Positions 62,626-64,000 of a stretch of 64,000 bases of DNA are shown here, piece after piece; position 1 is the stretch's first letter, and each line of letters starts with the position of its first letter. Both the position numbers and the translations under genes were made by a program. Below the pieces are notes generated by a model, which was not told the DNA's origin, did not search any database, and was given only the letters and a program-made list of their open reading frames with translations. This stretch comes from Mobula birostris (lineage: Eukaryota): NCBI RefSeq assembly GCF_030028105.1, contig NC_092377.1, forward strand, positions 3,725,079 through 3,789,078, written 5' to 3'.

Positions 62626-64000
62626 CTACAATCGCCAAGATCCTTTTCCATAGTGAATACTGAAGCAAAGTACTCATTAAGAACCTCTGCTATCTCCTCC
62701 GGTTCCATACACACTTTTCCACTGTCACACTTGATTGGTCCTATCCTCTCACGTCTTATCCTCCTGCTCTTCACATACTCGTAGAATGCCTTGGGATTTT
62801 CCTTAATCCTGTCCGCCAAGGCCTTCTCAAGGCCTGTTCTGGCTCTCCTAATTTCTTTCTTGAGCTCCCTTCTGCTAACCTTATAATCTTCTAGCTCTCT
62901 ATCATTACCTAGTTTTTTGAACTGTTTGTAGTCTCTTCTTCATTTGTAGACCATGGTTCCTGTACCCTACCATCCTTTTCCCTGTCTCAGTGGAATGTAC
63001 CTGTGCAGAACTCCACGCAAATATTCCCTGAACATTTGCCACATTTCTTCCAAACATTTCCCTGAGAAAATCTGTTTCCAATTTATGCTTCCAAGTTCCT
63101 GCCTGATAGCCTCATATTTCCCCTTACTCAATTAAACACTTTCCTAACTTGTCTGTTCCTATCCCTCTCCAATGCTATGGTAAAGGAGATAAGAGTTGTG
63201 ATCACGATCTCCAAAATGCTCTCCCACTGAAGAGACCTTACACCTGACCAGGTTCATTTCCCAATATCAGATGAAGTACAGCCTCTCCTCTTGTCGGCTT
63301 ATCTACATATTGTGTCAAGAAACCTTCTTGAGCACACCTAACAAACTCCACACCAGCTAAACCTTTCACTCCAGAGACATGCTAATCGTTACTTGGGAAA
63401 TTAAAATCTCCCACCATGACAACCCTGTTATTATTACACCTTTCCAGAATCTGCCTCCCCATGTACTCCTCGATGTCCCTGTTACTATTGGGTGGTCAAT
63501 AAAAAACATCCAGTAGAGTTATTGACCCCTTCCCATTCCTAACTTCCACCCACAGAGACTCCGTAGACAATCTCTCCATAACTTCCTCCTTTTCTGCAGC
63601 CGTGACACTCTCTCTGATAAACAGCGCCATGCCCCCACCTCTTTTGCCTCCCTCTCTGACCTTCCTGAAACGTCTAAACGCTGGCATTCGAAGTAATCAT
63701 TCCTGCCCCTGAGCCATCCAAGTCTCTTATAGAATAGTTGCTCCCCTAGTGGGCTCAATCATGAACTGTTCTAAAAAGCCACCTTGGAGATATTCTATAA
63801 AATCCCCGTTTTGGAATCCAGCACCAAATTGAGTTTCCTAATCTACGTGCATGTTGAAATATCTCCTGATGAATGTAACATTGCCATTTGGCATGCAGTT
63901 TACTACTCTTTGGGGGTCTGTATACAACTCCCATCAGGCTCTTTTTACCCCTACAGTTCCTTGCTCTAACCACAATGATTTAATACCCCCCAACCCTATC
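62625..64000 (-). mobile_element. CR1 endonuclease-region fragments (two subfamilies)
   Basis: ORFs 62520-62819, 63496-63687 and 63755-63973. Confidence 0.85.

Overview
Vertebrate genomic DNA, most likely a cartilaginous fish (inferred from HE1/V-SINE-like SINEs, very dense CR1 LINEs and Penelope elements). It is not prokaryotic: no CRISPR, rRNA or tRNA genes were found. Most of the window is transposable-element debris: several CR1 subfamilies (one nearly full length, with an esterase ORF1), a Tx1-like L1, an Ingi/Vingi-like LINE, L2 and Rex1 remnants, Penelope fragments, hammerhead-bearing Penelope pLTR mini-insertions, two Gmr1-type (INT before RT) LTR retrotransposons, solo LTRs, a Buster/SPIN-like hAT fossil and a ~32-bp minisatellite. 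Hidden in the non-repeat islands is a minus-strand, multi-exon immune receptor gene that the ORF track largely misses. Its parts are an antigen-receptor-like V domain with a J-like G strand in one exon and no RSS (30456-30811), a transmembrane exon (23684-23816), an ITSM exon (TVYATV, 19346-19389) and further candidate tail exons. I read the splice sites and phases by hand, and the three core exons chain in frame. Other highlights are an intact minimal hammerhead ribozyme motif in a Penelope terminus, and a probable ~3.5 kb inversion that splits one Gmr1 gag at a single codon. TE boundaries are approximate unless a TSD or terminus is cited.
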